From assembly GCA_963754315.1 (NCBI GenBank), contig CAVWFS010000019.1:576001-640000 (forward strand): a stretch of DNA of 64,000 nucleotides, written 5' to 3'. This DNA comes from an uncultured Candidatus Rokubacteria bacterium (GTDB taxonomy: Bacteria > Methylomirabilota > Methylomirabilia > Rokubacteriales > CSP1-6). The notes under the pieces were generated by a model that ran no database searches, was not told where the DNA came from, and saw only the letters and a program-made list of their open reading frames with translations. Position numbers and translations under genes: made by a program. Positions 40,637 to 49,679 of the stretch are shown piece by piece (positions within the stretch are counted from its first letter, which is position 1; every line of letters begins with the position of its first letter).

Positions 40637-41632
40637 GTGGCTAAGTTGAAGTTCGGTCTCTGGATCCCGACCTACGCCTGGTCTGACAAGCGCGTCGGCA
40701 TGAAGAACGTGAACAACATCCGCGCGTCCATCGAGAAGTGTGAAAAGTATGGAATCGACGTGTGGGTCATCGACCACCTCCTCTCCGCTCCCGGCCTGTA
40801 TGGCAACGCTTGGCAGGAGCCGCTGAGCACTCTCGCCTATGCGGCGGCTCTCACCGAGAAGGTGAAGATCGCCACCGGCATCCTGGTCCTGCCCGTTCGC
40901 CACCCGGTCCTCCTTGCCAAGGAAATCTCGACGCTCTGTCACCTGTCCAACAATCGCTACCTGTTCGGGGTGGGCCCGGGCTGGTACGACCGCGAGTACG
41001 AAGTGACGGGTTCGCGCATCGAGGAGCGTGGCAAGCGGACCGACGAGATCATCGAGGCGGTCACCCTGCTCCTCACCAAGCCGAACGCGACCTACCAGGG
41101 GCGCTACTATTCCTTCAATGACGTCACCATCGATCCCCGCCCGCCCAAGATGCCCCCCATCTGGGTGTCGGGAGGGTCGCGGGTTCCGGACCCCACCGAC
41201 CACGACGTGCCCGTCATCGCCAAGACCGTCATGGACCGCATCGTCAAGGCCGGCCACTGGCTGTCGCGCTGCTCAGGCACCCAGGAATGGGTCAAGCGCG
41301 ACTGGCTCCAGCTCCTCGAGCACGCAAAGCTTCTCGGCCGGGATCCGAAGACGTTGACGTTCGGCCACTGCAACTTTACCCATTTGGTTGAAGAGAAGAA
41401 CCACGCGAAGGCAGTGGCCAAGTCGAAAGCGGCGTTCCTCCGGGCGATGGGGACTCACCGCTCGTATGAGCACCTGCAGGAATGCTACATGATTGGATCG
41501 CCCGACCGGATCGTGTCTCGCGCGCAGGATCTGGCCACGGCCGGATTGAAGTACCTCGTGCTGGGTCCGGTCACCGAGGATCCCGGACAGGTCGACCTCG
41601 TCAACAAGCACATCGTGCGCGCCTTCCGCTAG
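40637..41632 (+). CDS. LLM-class flavin-dependent oxidoreductase
   Basis: WVIDH, LVLPVRHPVLLAKE..TL..LS..R, GVGPGW..EY, PPIWVSG; AAGGAG RBS. Confidence 0.9.
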   Translation: MAKLKFGLWIPTYAWSDKRVGMKNVNNIRASIEKCEKYGIDVWVIDHLLSAPGLYGNAWQEPLSTLAYAAALTEKVKIATGILVLPVRHPVLLAKEISTLCHLSNNRYLFGVGPGWYDREYEVTGSRIEERGKRTDEIIEAVTLLLTKPNATYQGRYYSFNDVTIDPRPPKMPPIWVSGGSRVPDPTDHDVPVIAKTVMDRIVKAGHWLSRCSGTQEWVKRDWLQLLEHAKLLGRDPKTLTFGHCNFTHLVEEKNHAKAVAKSKAAFLRAMGTHRSYEHLQECYMIGSPDRIVSRAQDLATAGLKYLVLGPVTEDPGQVDLVNKHIVRAFR

Positions 41633-41746
41633 TGTCAGAAGGCGATCGCCGCGCGCAGGAACAGAGCCCCCGCGTCGGCGCGTTGTATCCTAGGATCGAT
41701 GTACGTCACTGTCCTGCCGTGCACTACGAGAAGAGGAGGCACACCA

Positions 41747-42301
41747 ATGGTGAGAATCCGTTCATTGAAGGTAGGGGTAATGGCGGCCGCCCTGGCCAGT
41801 CTCGTGCTGGTCAGCGTCGCCCCCGCCCTCGAGGTGGGCCAGAAGGCGCCCGACTTCACCCTGCCCGCCCCCGGTGGCAAGCAGGTGAAGCTGAGTGACT
41901 TGACCGCCAAGGGCCCGGTGGTGCTCTATACGTTCATCCAGGCCTTCACCAATACCTGAGCGGCGGAAATCCGCGACTTCGACGCGGCAGTGCCGCAGTT
42001 CGAAGCCGCGGGAGCCCAGGTCGTGGGCGTCAGCGCCGATCACGTCGCTACCCTGGATGCGTTCTCCAAGCAGAACAACGTCAAGCACCTCCTCCTCAGC
42101 GATTTCCGCCGCCAGATGCTCCCTAGCTACGATGCCCTGGAAATGAACGAGCAGAGCCCTATCTACCGTTACGCCAAGCGCGCCTACTTCGTTATCGACA
42201 AGAACGGCGTGGTGCGCTACGTGAAGGTTCAGACCAACCCCCTCGACCTTCTGAAGGCCGAGGAAGTCCTCAAGGCGCTCAAGGAGTCCGGCGCGTCATG
42301 A
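41747..42301 (+). CDS. Exported peroxiredoxin (AhpC/TSA; AhpE/BCP-like), predicted selenoprotein (Sec at TGA 41957-41959)
   Basis: ORFs 41699..41959 and 41990..42301 share a frame; read-through gives VGQKAPDFTL...AFTNT-U-AAEIRDF...VVGVSAD...LLSDF...KRAYFVIDKNGVVRY; TGA sits at the peroxidatic Cys position; GAGGAGG RBS; signal peptide. Confidence 0.85.
41960..41996 (+). promoter_or_regulatory. Candidate bacterial SECIS hairpin
   Basis: Immediately 3' of the TGA: GCGGC/GCCGC lower stem and CCGCG-ACTTCGA-CGCGG upper stem-loop. Confidence 0.5.
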
Positions 42302-42831
42302 TGACGAGGCTCGTGGCAGGCTTGGCGGCCGTGCTGTTCCTGGCGGGGCCGGCCGTGGGCGCGCCAGACTGGGCCGCCGTGAACATTCAATCGTACGCGC
42401 CCCCCAAGCCTGCCCCGGGCTTCTCGCTTCCTGATCTGGAAGGAAAGCCTCGCTCGCTGACGGACCTCTCCGGCAAGGTTGTGCTGGTCTTCTTCTGGAC
42501 AACGTGGTGACCCGACTGCCGGAGGGAGTTACCCTCCGTCAACCAGCTCTATCAGGAGTTTCGGAGCAAGGGCCTCGAGGTGCTGCTGATCAACTTCCGT
42601 GAGAGTCCGGCCCTCGTGAAGCGCACCGTGGGGGAGCGCGGGTACATCGCGCCCGTCCTCATCGACGAGAGCGGCGACGTCACCGGACGCGTCTATGGTG
42701 TATGGGGTCCGCCCACGGTCTACCTGATCGACCGCGGCGGCCGGCTCGTGGGACGGGCGGTGGGACCGCGCGCCTGGGACTCGCCGGCCGCCCGGAAGCT
42801 CATCGAGGCACTGCTGGCCGAGAAATCCTGA
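42298..42831 (+). CDS. Exported TlpA/ResA-like thioredoxin, predicted selenoprotein (UxxC; Sec at TGA 42508-42510)
   Basis: ORFs 42298..42510 and 42580..42831 share a frame; read-through gives APGFSLPDLEG...GKVVLVFFWTTW-U-PDCRRELP...YGVWGPPTVYLIDRGG...GPRAW; signal peptide; ATGA overlap with upstream gene. Confidence 0.9.
42511..42540 (+). promoter_or_regulatory. Candidate bacterial SECIS hairpin
   Basis: CGGAGGG-AGTTA-CCCTCCG (42520-42538): perfect 7-bp stem, G-containing 5-nt loop beginning 17 nt after the TGA. Confidence 0.62.
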
Positions 42832-43039
42832 GGCAGCTTATAGCGCCTACTTAGACTCCGAGCTTCCACGTGGACGAAGGTGATGCGACATCTTCATTGG
42901 GCCCATCATTCGTCGGTCGGTTACTGCCTTTGACGGCTGGCAACGACGGTCCGTCGCAGGTCCGGCATACATCGGACCCCCAATGATTCCGCCTCTCATC
43001 TTCAGTCGGCCGCCAGGGCGTCCAGACGAGTATCCACAT

Positions 43040-43281
43040 CGCCGGACGATCTTCGGCGCGATCGCCGAGGACGTCGCCGAGATTTACCCCGAACTGGTGG
43101 TGCGAGACGCGGACGGCCAGCCCGCTAGGTCCGATACCACGTGCTCCCGGCGATGCTCCTCAACGAACTGCAGCGACAGCAGCGGGAGATCATGGAACTG
43201 CGCGCCAAGCTGCAGGAGATCGACGAGCTGCGCGCGCTGGTGCGAGCGCTCGTTGGGGGGAAGGTGGCCACGGCCCCGTAG
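43040..43281 (+). pseudogene. Remnant of a peptidase S74 / intramolecular chaperone (tail-fibre-like) C-terminus
   Basis: FGAIAEDVAEIYPELVVRDADGQP then, after a frameshift, VRYHVLPAMLLNELQRQQREIMELRAKL coiled coil; no 5' part. Confidence 0.7.
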
Positions 43282-43287
43282 GCGCCA

Positions 43288-45435
43288 TCAACGGTTGGCG
43301 CAGAAGCCGAACTGGGTCGAGGCCCCTTGTGTCAGCTCGCGGTTCCAGGTCACGCCGCCAAAGCGCACCGTCCCCCGGGGGGCACTGGCGGTGGCGTTCC
43401 AGAGCTGGGAGATCGTGCCTTGCACGGTGACGTCCGTGGCCCACACAATCCGGGCCGGCGTCTGGTTGGTCACGGTCACGTCGGCGCAGTACCCGGCGCC
43501 CCAGTCGCTCTGCACGCGGACCTGGGCAGGCAGCACCGTTCCCGAGGAGGACGCGGTAACGGTCAGGGTCGCTGCGCGTGTCGTCGTGCCTCCCGGGCCT
43601 GCGCAGGTCAGGGTGAAGGACAGGGTGCCGGGCGTGGTGGGCGTGACGCTCTGCGAGCCGGCCGTGGGCCGGTCGCCACTCCAGGCGCCGGTTGCCGTGC
43701 AGGCCGTTGCGTTCGTCGACGACCAGCTCACGGTGGCCGTCTGCCCGGTGGCAATGCTCACCGGACTGATCGTGATGGTCACCGTCGGCGGCTGGTTGCC
43801 GTCACCCATCGAGCGATTGGCGCAAAAGCCGAACTGCGTCGATGCGCCGGGCGCCAGCTCGCGGTTCCACGCCACGCCCACGAAGCGAACGGTCCCGCTG
43901 GTTGCGCTCCCGGTGGCGTTCCACTGCTCTCTGATCGTCCCCTGGACGGCGATGTCGGTGGCCCACACGACGGGCGCCGCCCCCGTGTTCGTCACCGTCA
44001 CGTTCGCGCAGTACCCCGCGCCCCAGTCGTTCGCGATCTGAAGAAGCCCGGGTAGCATCGTCTCCGACGCCGGCCCAATGACGGTCAGGGTCGCCGAGCG
44101 ACTGGTTGTACCGCCCGCACCGGTGCAGGCCAGAGAGTACGTCAAGGTCCCGGCGGAGGTCGGGACCACGCTCTGGCTGCCGTTCAGTGCGCGCTCGCCA
44201 GTCCAGGCGCCGCTCGCGGTGCAGGTGGTGGCGTTGGTCGAGGACCAACTAAGGGTCGCGGCCTGACCGACCGTGATGCTGGTCGGGTTCGCGCTCAGCG
44301 TGACGGTGGGCGCCGATGGCCCGGAGGTACCTCCCCACAGCCGCTTGAGCAAGGCCAGCTTATCGTTCCGGACGCTGATCCAATCATCATCCAGGATTCC
44401 GCCCGTATCGCCGCTATTCGGGTTCCATGACCAATAGAAGGCGCTGGTGGCCCCCTTGCCGATCAGGTAATCGACCAGCGCGTTGTGCCATCGCACGTCG
44501 CGAGGATCGCCCTCTCCGTACTTGCCTCCGAACTCCCCCAGAATCACGGCATAGCCGGCGCCGATGAACTGGCCGAAATGCCGGTCCCAGATGGAGGCCA
44601 TGTTGGCCGGGAAGGTCGGGTCATTGAAGTACGGCTGCCCGAATACGTCCGGGCCGTAGGTGTGCGGGGAAAGCACCAGGCGGTCGGCGGGGATGGCCAG
44701 CGGCGTGCAGGCAAGTGGCTCGAGATTTTCGCCCCAGAACGGATGATTGTTGGCCGAACACAAAGGATTGTTCTGGATCCCTTCCACGAAGATCAGCCAG
44801 TGGGGGGCGACACGCGCCACCGCGGCCGCCGCGCGCTCTACGGCCTTGTTCCAGTCGGTGGCAGAATTTCCGGTGCCCCAGGTGGCGGCCCCGTGGGGCT
44901 CGTTCTTGGGATCCACTCCGATCACGCCCGCGACGGAGCCGTAGCGCTGGGCGAGAAACGTCAGGTCGGCGAGCCACTGTTGCTCCGAGTACTGCGCGGT
45001 GTACCACAGTTCCGAGATGGATTGACAGTCCGGTCGGTGATGGTCGAGAAGGATGTAGAAGCCCTGCGCGTCGAGGTATTGCACGACGGCGTCGAGGAGC
45101 CCCAGCGAGTCCAGACCCCGGAGATCCGGATTCAGATCGTAGTTGATGGTGCTGGGCGCGGATCCGCGCAAGGTGCCAGGACACACGGGCAGCCGCACAG
45201 CATTGAAGCCGAGATCGCGCATCTGATTGATCATGCTTTTCCAGTTGCGAGCCCAGAGGCCATGCGCGGCGTGATCGCTCGTCTCGAATCCAAACCAGTT
45301 GACACCGCGCAGCTGCACGGGCTGGCCTTGCGCGTCGACGATGCGTCCACTCGCTACCGAGTAGGCCGATGCTGAGGAGGGGCCGACCAGCAACGCAAGC
45401 AACAGCGCCAGGGTTGACCAACGAAGGATGGTCAT
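43288..45435 (-). CDS. Secreted GH5 endoglucanase (cellulase) with two Ig-like + CBM2 modules
   Basis: Signal peptide; GVNWFGFET, GFNAVRLP, LLDHH, KNEPHG (acid/base), SPHTYGP, GEFGG (nucleophile), YWSWNPNSGDTGG; two DWGAGYC...WNA...W....FGFCA CBM2 units. Confidence 0.93.
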   Translation of the reverse strand: MTILRWSTLALLLALLVGPSSASAYSVASGRIVDAQGQPVQLRGVNWFGFETSDHAAHGLWARNWKSMINQMRDLGFNAVRLPVCPGTLRGSAPSTINYDLNPDLRGLDSLGLLDAVVQYLDAQGFYILLDHHRPDCQSISELWYTAQYSEQQWLADLTFLAQRYGSVAGVIGVDPKNEPHGAATWGTGNSATDWNKAVERAAAAVARVAPHWLIFVEGIQNNPLCSANNHPFWGENLEPLACTPLAIPADRLVLSPHTYGPDVFGQPYFNDPTFPANMASIWDRHFGQFIGAGYAVILGEFGGKYGEGDPRDVRWHNALVDYLIGKGATSAFYWSWNPNSGDTGGILDDDWISVRNDKLALLKRLWGGTSGPSAPTVTLSANPTSITVGQAATLSWSSTNATTCTASGAWTGERALNGSQSVVPTSAGTLTYSLACTGAGGTTSRSATLTVIGPASETMLPGLLQIANDWGAGYCANVTVTNTGAAPVVWATDIAVQGTIREQWNATGSATSGTVRFVGVAWNRELAPGASTQFGFCANRSMGDGNQPPTVTITISPVSIATGQTATVSWSSTNATACTATGAWSGDRPTAGSQSVTPTTPGTLSFTLTCAGPGGTTTRAATLTVTASSSGTVLPAQVRVQSDWGAGYCADVTVTNQTPARIVWATDVTVQGTISQLWNATASAPRGTVRFGGVTWNRELTQGASTQFGFCANR

Positions 45436-45864
45436 ATGTCTCCTAACGACGGCGTGGTGTCGATGATTGGTGAGGAATGGGACGCCGCTCGAGTGTTCTC
45501 TATTCGGTGTGTCCTCCACTCAGAGGTGGAAACCCGTCGGTGCAGCTCTGGACATACGTCGACAAGGGACGCGCACCGCTCATTCTCACTGGATGAGTCA
45601 AGCGGACAGACCTGCACCCAAAAGTGTTGTGCAGATAGCTTGCCAAAGGACCGGGCGACGTGTGATCAGCTACATCGGGCGAAGGACGGGGCGCGCAGCG
45701 TCGCGCGCCCGTCACCATACGACCAGTCAGTTACCTGAAGTGTGACACTTGGTTCCCGTCGAACGACATTAGACGCGCGAGGTCTCGGCAACCTCGATCC
45801 GGCGCGTGACGATCTCCTGCGACGAGTGGACGGAGGGCGACAGAAGCAAGAGGGTGCCGAAGCC

Positions 45865-47409
45865 TCACTGCTTCTTGAGACGGACCTCTTCCAGAGGCGC
45901 GGACCACGGATAGGGGTTGATCAGCATCAGCGCCGGCTCCTCGACGCGTGGCCCGACGCCGCTGGGCCAGATGTACTGGTAGATCGGGCCGTAGCGCACG
46001 CGCTCGTGGACCAGGCGCTGGATCTGGTGGAGCAGCACCTCGCGCTTCTTGCGGTCGGTCTCGACACCCTGCCGCTTGAAGAGCTCGTCGATGTCGGGAT
46101 AGCCACCGTAGGCCCAGCCGCCAGTGCTCGGAATGATCTCGGACAGACGCGAGGCAGCGTTGCCATAGAGCGCGGTGCTGCAAACGCAGATGCCCTTGGC
46201 CTTCTTGGAGAGGATGAGCGAGAAGTAGGCCGCCCGCTCCATCGGCCGCATCCGGGTCCGGATGCCGACCGTCTGGAAGTAGTTGACGATCGACTCGCCG
46301 AGCGAGAAATACGGCGGGAGTTGGTGGAAGTCGCCACCTTCGAAGCCGTTTGGGTAGCCCGCCTCGGCGAGGAGCTGTTTGGCCTTGACGGGATCGTACG
46401 GGTAAGGCTCGAGCGGCAGCGCGAAGTCGAAGGACGGCGGGACGTGATTGCCGGCCGGCTTGGAGGCGCCGAGCGTCTCGGCCTCGCTCAGTGCCTGGCG
46501 GTCGATGGCGTAGTTGGCGGCCAGCCGCACCCGACGGTCAGCCCAGGGCGACTTGGGGTCCCACTGGTCGAGGAAGTCGAGGTAGAAAACCGCGATGCCA
46601 CCCGAGAACGCCAGCTTCAGATTCGGATCGCGCTTGACCTCCTGCGCCTGGGGGACGTCGAGCAGGTACGCGACGTCCACCTCGCCGCGCTTGAGCATGG
46701 CCAGCCGCGTCGTGCTCTCGGGCACGCTCTTGTAGATCAGCCGCTTCACCGACGGCATCTTGCGCCAGTAGCTCTCGTTGGCCTCCATCACCAGGTCGAC
46801 GCCCGGCATGTGGCTCACAAACTTGTAGGGACCGAGCCCGACTGGCGCCTTCTTGAAGGCGTCGTTGCCCACCTGCTCGACGTACTTCTTGGGCACGACC
46901 CAGCCGGCGCCGGAGACGAGGCTGCCATAGAAGGTGATGAAGTCAGGCCACGCCTCGTGCAAGGTGAAGCGCACGCGCGCGGGCCCCACCACCGTGACCT
47001 CCCGGACCTTCTCGTGCAGGATCTTGGAACCCTTGGCCCGATGGAAGCTGAACTTGACGTCCTCGGCTGTGAATGGGTCGCCGTTGTGGAACTTGAGCCC
47101 CTCGCGCAGCTTGAACTCGTAGACCCGTCCGTCTGGGCTCACCGTCCAAGACTCGGCCAGGCTGGGGCTCAGCAAGTTGCCGGGCATCGGCTTGATGAGC
47201 GCGTCGTGCAGGGCATACGAAACCCAGAACGGCGTGAGCTGCCCGCTAATCTCCCCCGGGTCGAACCAGACCGGCGACAGCGTGACGTAGAGGGCCCACC
47301 GGAATTCGCCTTCCGGCTTGGCCTGGGCCGCCCCCCGGCCGGGCAGCCCGGCGGCGAGCACTACGCCCACGAGGACCACTGCCAGCACGAGACTGAAGCG
47401 ACGGCTCAT
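45865..47409 (-). CDS. ABC transporter family-5 substrate-binding protein (orphan)
   Basis: Signal peptide, PSLAESW..SPDG..YEFKLR.GLKFHNG, GLGPYKF, DRRVRLA.NYAID. Confidence 0.92.
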   Translation of the reverse strand: MSRRFSLVLAVVLVGVVLAAGLPGRGAAQAKPEGEFRWALYVTLSPVWFDPGEISGQLTPFWVSYALHDALIKPMPGNLLSPSLAESWTVSPDGRVYEFKLREGLKFHNGDPFTAEDVKFSFHRAKGSKILHEKVREVTVVGPARVRFTLHEAWPDFITFYGSLVSGAGWVVPKKYVEQVGNDAFKKAPVGLGPYKFVSHMPGVDLVMEANESYWRKMPSVKRLIYKSVPESTTRLAMLKRGEVDVAYLLDVPQAQEVKRDPNLKLAFSGGIAVFYLDFLDQWDPKSPWADRRVRLAANYAIDRQALSEAETLGASKPAGNHVPPSFDFALPLEPYPYDPVKAKQLLAEAGYPNGFEGGDFHQLPPYFSLGESIVNYFQTVGIRTRMRPMERAAYFSLILSKKAKGICVCSTALYGNAASRLSEIIPSTGGWAYGGYPDIDELFKRQGVETDRKKREVLLHQIQRLVHERVRYGPIYQYIWPSGVGPRVEEPALMLINPYPWSAPLEEVRLKKQ

Positions 47410-47559
47410 CGGGGTCCCTCCCATTCAGGAAGTCCGGCGAGGACTTACTACCCGCTCTCTCGTGAAATGGCAAGGACTGACCTTCAACCCGTAGCGCCCG
47501 CTGTCAGGCGTGACCGACCCTCGCACCTGTGACAGGGTATGCGCAGCGGGCGAGGGACC

Positions 47560-48547
47560 TTAGGGCTTGTTGTGGGGCACGCTCACCGTTGCCTGCTTTG
47601 TCGTGGTGTTGCCGCTCGCGTCCGCGGCTTCATACGTGACCGTGTAAACACGCCCCGCTCCCTTTCCTGACCGTTCGGCGCGCAGCTGAAAAGTCCGATC
47701 GTCAGTCCCTAACACGGCGCTCCGGATGTCATTCGTGGTGTCGCCATCTCCGAGACCATTGTCGGCCTCGTTGCTGGTGATGGCGAGCAGGCGCACCCTC
47801 GCATTCGGATCGCAGTTGTCGCTGACGCTAATGGAGGCATTGATGGTGGCCAGCTTGTGATTCGGGGGCCACAGGCTGCTCGGCGACACGGCCATGATGA
47901 GGGTGGGGGGGGACGATGTCGAGGACCCTGGTCACCACCTGTGCGCCCTTGGCGAACTCTTCCGCTCCGAGATCCTGATAGGCGACCCGGGCCACGCCCA
48001 CCAGATCCATGGGGCAGGTATTGGCGGGCACGCTGTACTGCGTCGTCCGAGTCACGATGCTACCAACCACCTGGATACCAAGATCTACAACGAGAACCGA
48101 TGGCCCGGGTGCCGTGTCGGTCAGGACGACGTCGAGGGCGGGTCCATTACCGACGTTGCGGAGATCGGTCGTCCAGGTGACCGTCTGCCCAGGCAGGATC
48201 GTGGCCGGCCCCGATTTGGTGAGCTTTATATCCGGACCGGCCACCTGGGAGAGATCATCACACGCTCCGTGGAGAAGCGAGCGGGGCGCAGCGTGCCCGC
48301 CTTGTCGGGGAAATCATGCCGGATGAAATCGTTGCCAGGGATGTTGCTGCCGATGTTGACGCGTAGGTATAAGTCATTCGGACACACTTCGCCGAAATCC
48401 TCAGCGCAGACGTTCTCGAAGATCTCGATCACCGAGAACTTCACAGTCACCGGGACGGGTGGCTGGGCCCACACGGGCGCGGAGAGACACGGTAGGGCGA
48501 TTAGGAGCATCGCCAGAATGACGACAGATTGGCCTGACCGGCGTCAT
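47560..48547 (-). pseudogene. Fragmented secreted beta-rich protein (DUF11-like repeat + LWPPNHK/HYR-like C-terminal domain)
   Basis: AAGGAGG RBS and ATG at 48547; signal-peptide fragment LLIALPCLSAPVWAQ; DIKLTKSGP..GQTVTWT..N.G...A.DVVLTD; SLWPPNHK, DNCD, LRAERSG.G.GRVYT; several frame breaks. Confidence 0.68.
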
Positions 48548-48579
48548 GCTCAGCCTCCTTGTGTAACGCTGATCTTCTT

Positions 48580-48672
48580 CGTGGTCACCGGCCGATGGCC
48601 GTGGTCACCGGATTCGCTCGTCCTCCGGAACGTCACATACGTGCGGCGTCTTTACATACGTGCGGCGTCTTT
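48580..48672. repeat. Two short direct-repeat pairs in an intergenic region
   Basis: CGTGGTCACCGG at 48580 and 48600; exact tandem ACATACGTGCGGCGTCTTT at 48635 and 48654. Confidence 0.85.
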
Positions 48673-48860
48673 TGCGGCCTCCGTGCGAGCAGGACGAAAG
48701 TAGAGGCACCATATCACCGCCGCCGAAGCGCCAGCAAGGGAAACGCCAGGAAACCATCGCACCCAGGCCACTCGATTATGATGAGGGTTGGACCGACCGT
48801 CAACCCAGGGCGTTGCCTGGAATCGACTCGGTGTGCTCCACGGCGATTCCGAGCGGCTCC

Positions 48861-49679
48861 GTGACAAGTCGATCTGGGAGGATACCCGTTAACGCTGAAC
48901 GTCCGCGAAGGAAATCTCGGCGGGGGCCGATCTGCGGTGTGGCGCTGCTCGCACTCGTGACCGGAGTGTGGTCGGTCGAGCCCCAGACACGCCAGTCCCC
49001 GAAGTTACCTGGCCCCGGGCGGGCGGGCGATGCCTCCCGACTCTCTGATTTGGCGCGGGCCGTGGTGCAGTCGATGAAGGACTATCGGGCCGCCCTCCTG
49101 CGTGCGCGCACGACGTACGAGGAGAGTCTGGAAATGGCGAAGCAGACCGTCCACGAGCGCCGCAGCCTCCATCGAGCCGGGGCCCTGTCCCTCGAGTACT
49201 TGGATGCGAGTGAGCGTGAACAGCGTGAGCTGGAGCGCAGTATCAACGAGCTCACGGAGCAGATCGACGAGGCCGATCGCATCATCGTGGAAGCGTCCAT
49301 CCATGAGCAACTGGCGCGGCTATTGCCCCTGCCCGTAGGTGGTTTCGAAGACACGGGCACGTTGGTGCGCTACCAAGGCTCGGCACGGTGGTCGCTGGGC
49401 GACGTGCCGAAGCTCGAGCGCCTGTTTACTACGACCTTCGGGCGCAGCCTACCCATCAGCTCGCGCGGCCAAACCCGCGTGCACGACAAGTTGAGTCTCG
49501 ATCATCGCAATGCGATCGACGTCGCCGTGCATCCGGACAGCCCGGAGGGGCGGTGGCTCATGGATCATCTCCGCCAGGTCGGCATTCCGTTCATCGGCAT
49601 TCGTTCCGCCATTCCTGGATCGGCGACCGGAGCCCACGTCCATGTAGGGCCCGCCTCGCCACGAATGCTGGCCCGCTAG
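48861..49679 (+). CDS. Hypothetical exported coiled-coil protein with putative C-terminal Zn-peptidase (LAS/M15-like) domain; start uncertain
   Basis: Hydrophobic N-terminal segment, heptad-rich middle, DHRNAIDV and AHVHVG motifs. Confidence 0.65.
   Translation: MTSRSGRIPVNAERPRRKSRRGPICGVALLALVTGVWSVEPQTRQSPKLPGPGRAGDASRLSDLARAVVQSMKDYRAALLRARTTYEESLEMAKQTVHERRSLHRAGALSLEYLDASEREQRELERSINELTEQIDEADRIIVEASIHEQLARLLPLPVGGFEDTGTLVRYQGSARWSLGDVPKLERLFTTTFGRSLPISSRGQTRVHDKLSLDHRNAIDVAVHPDSPEGRWLMDHLRQVGIPFIGIRSAIPGSATGAHVHVGPASPRMLAR

Noticed and set aside
41699..42831. Four separate small ORFs or two nonsense pseudogenes
   Set aside because: Each pair is in frame, with TGA exactly at the catalytic Cys and a hairpin behind it; Sec recoding is the simpler explanation
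45440..45860. Riboswitch upstream of the cellulase
   Set aside because: No recognisable c-di-GMP or other aptamer consensus found by eye on either strand
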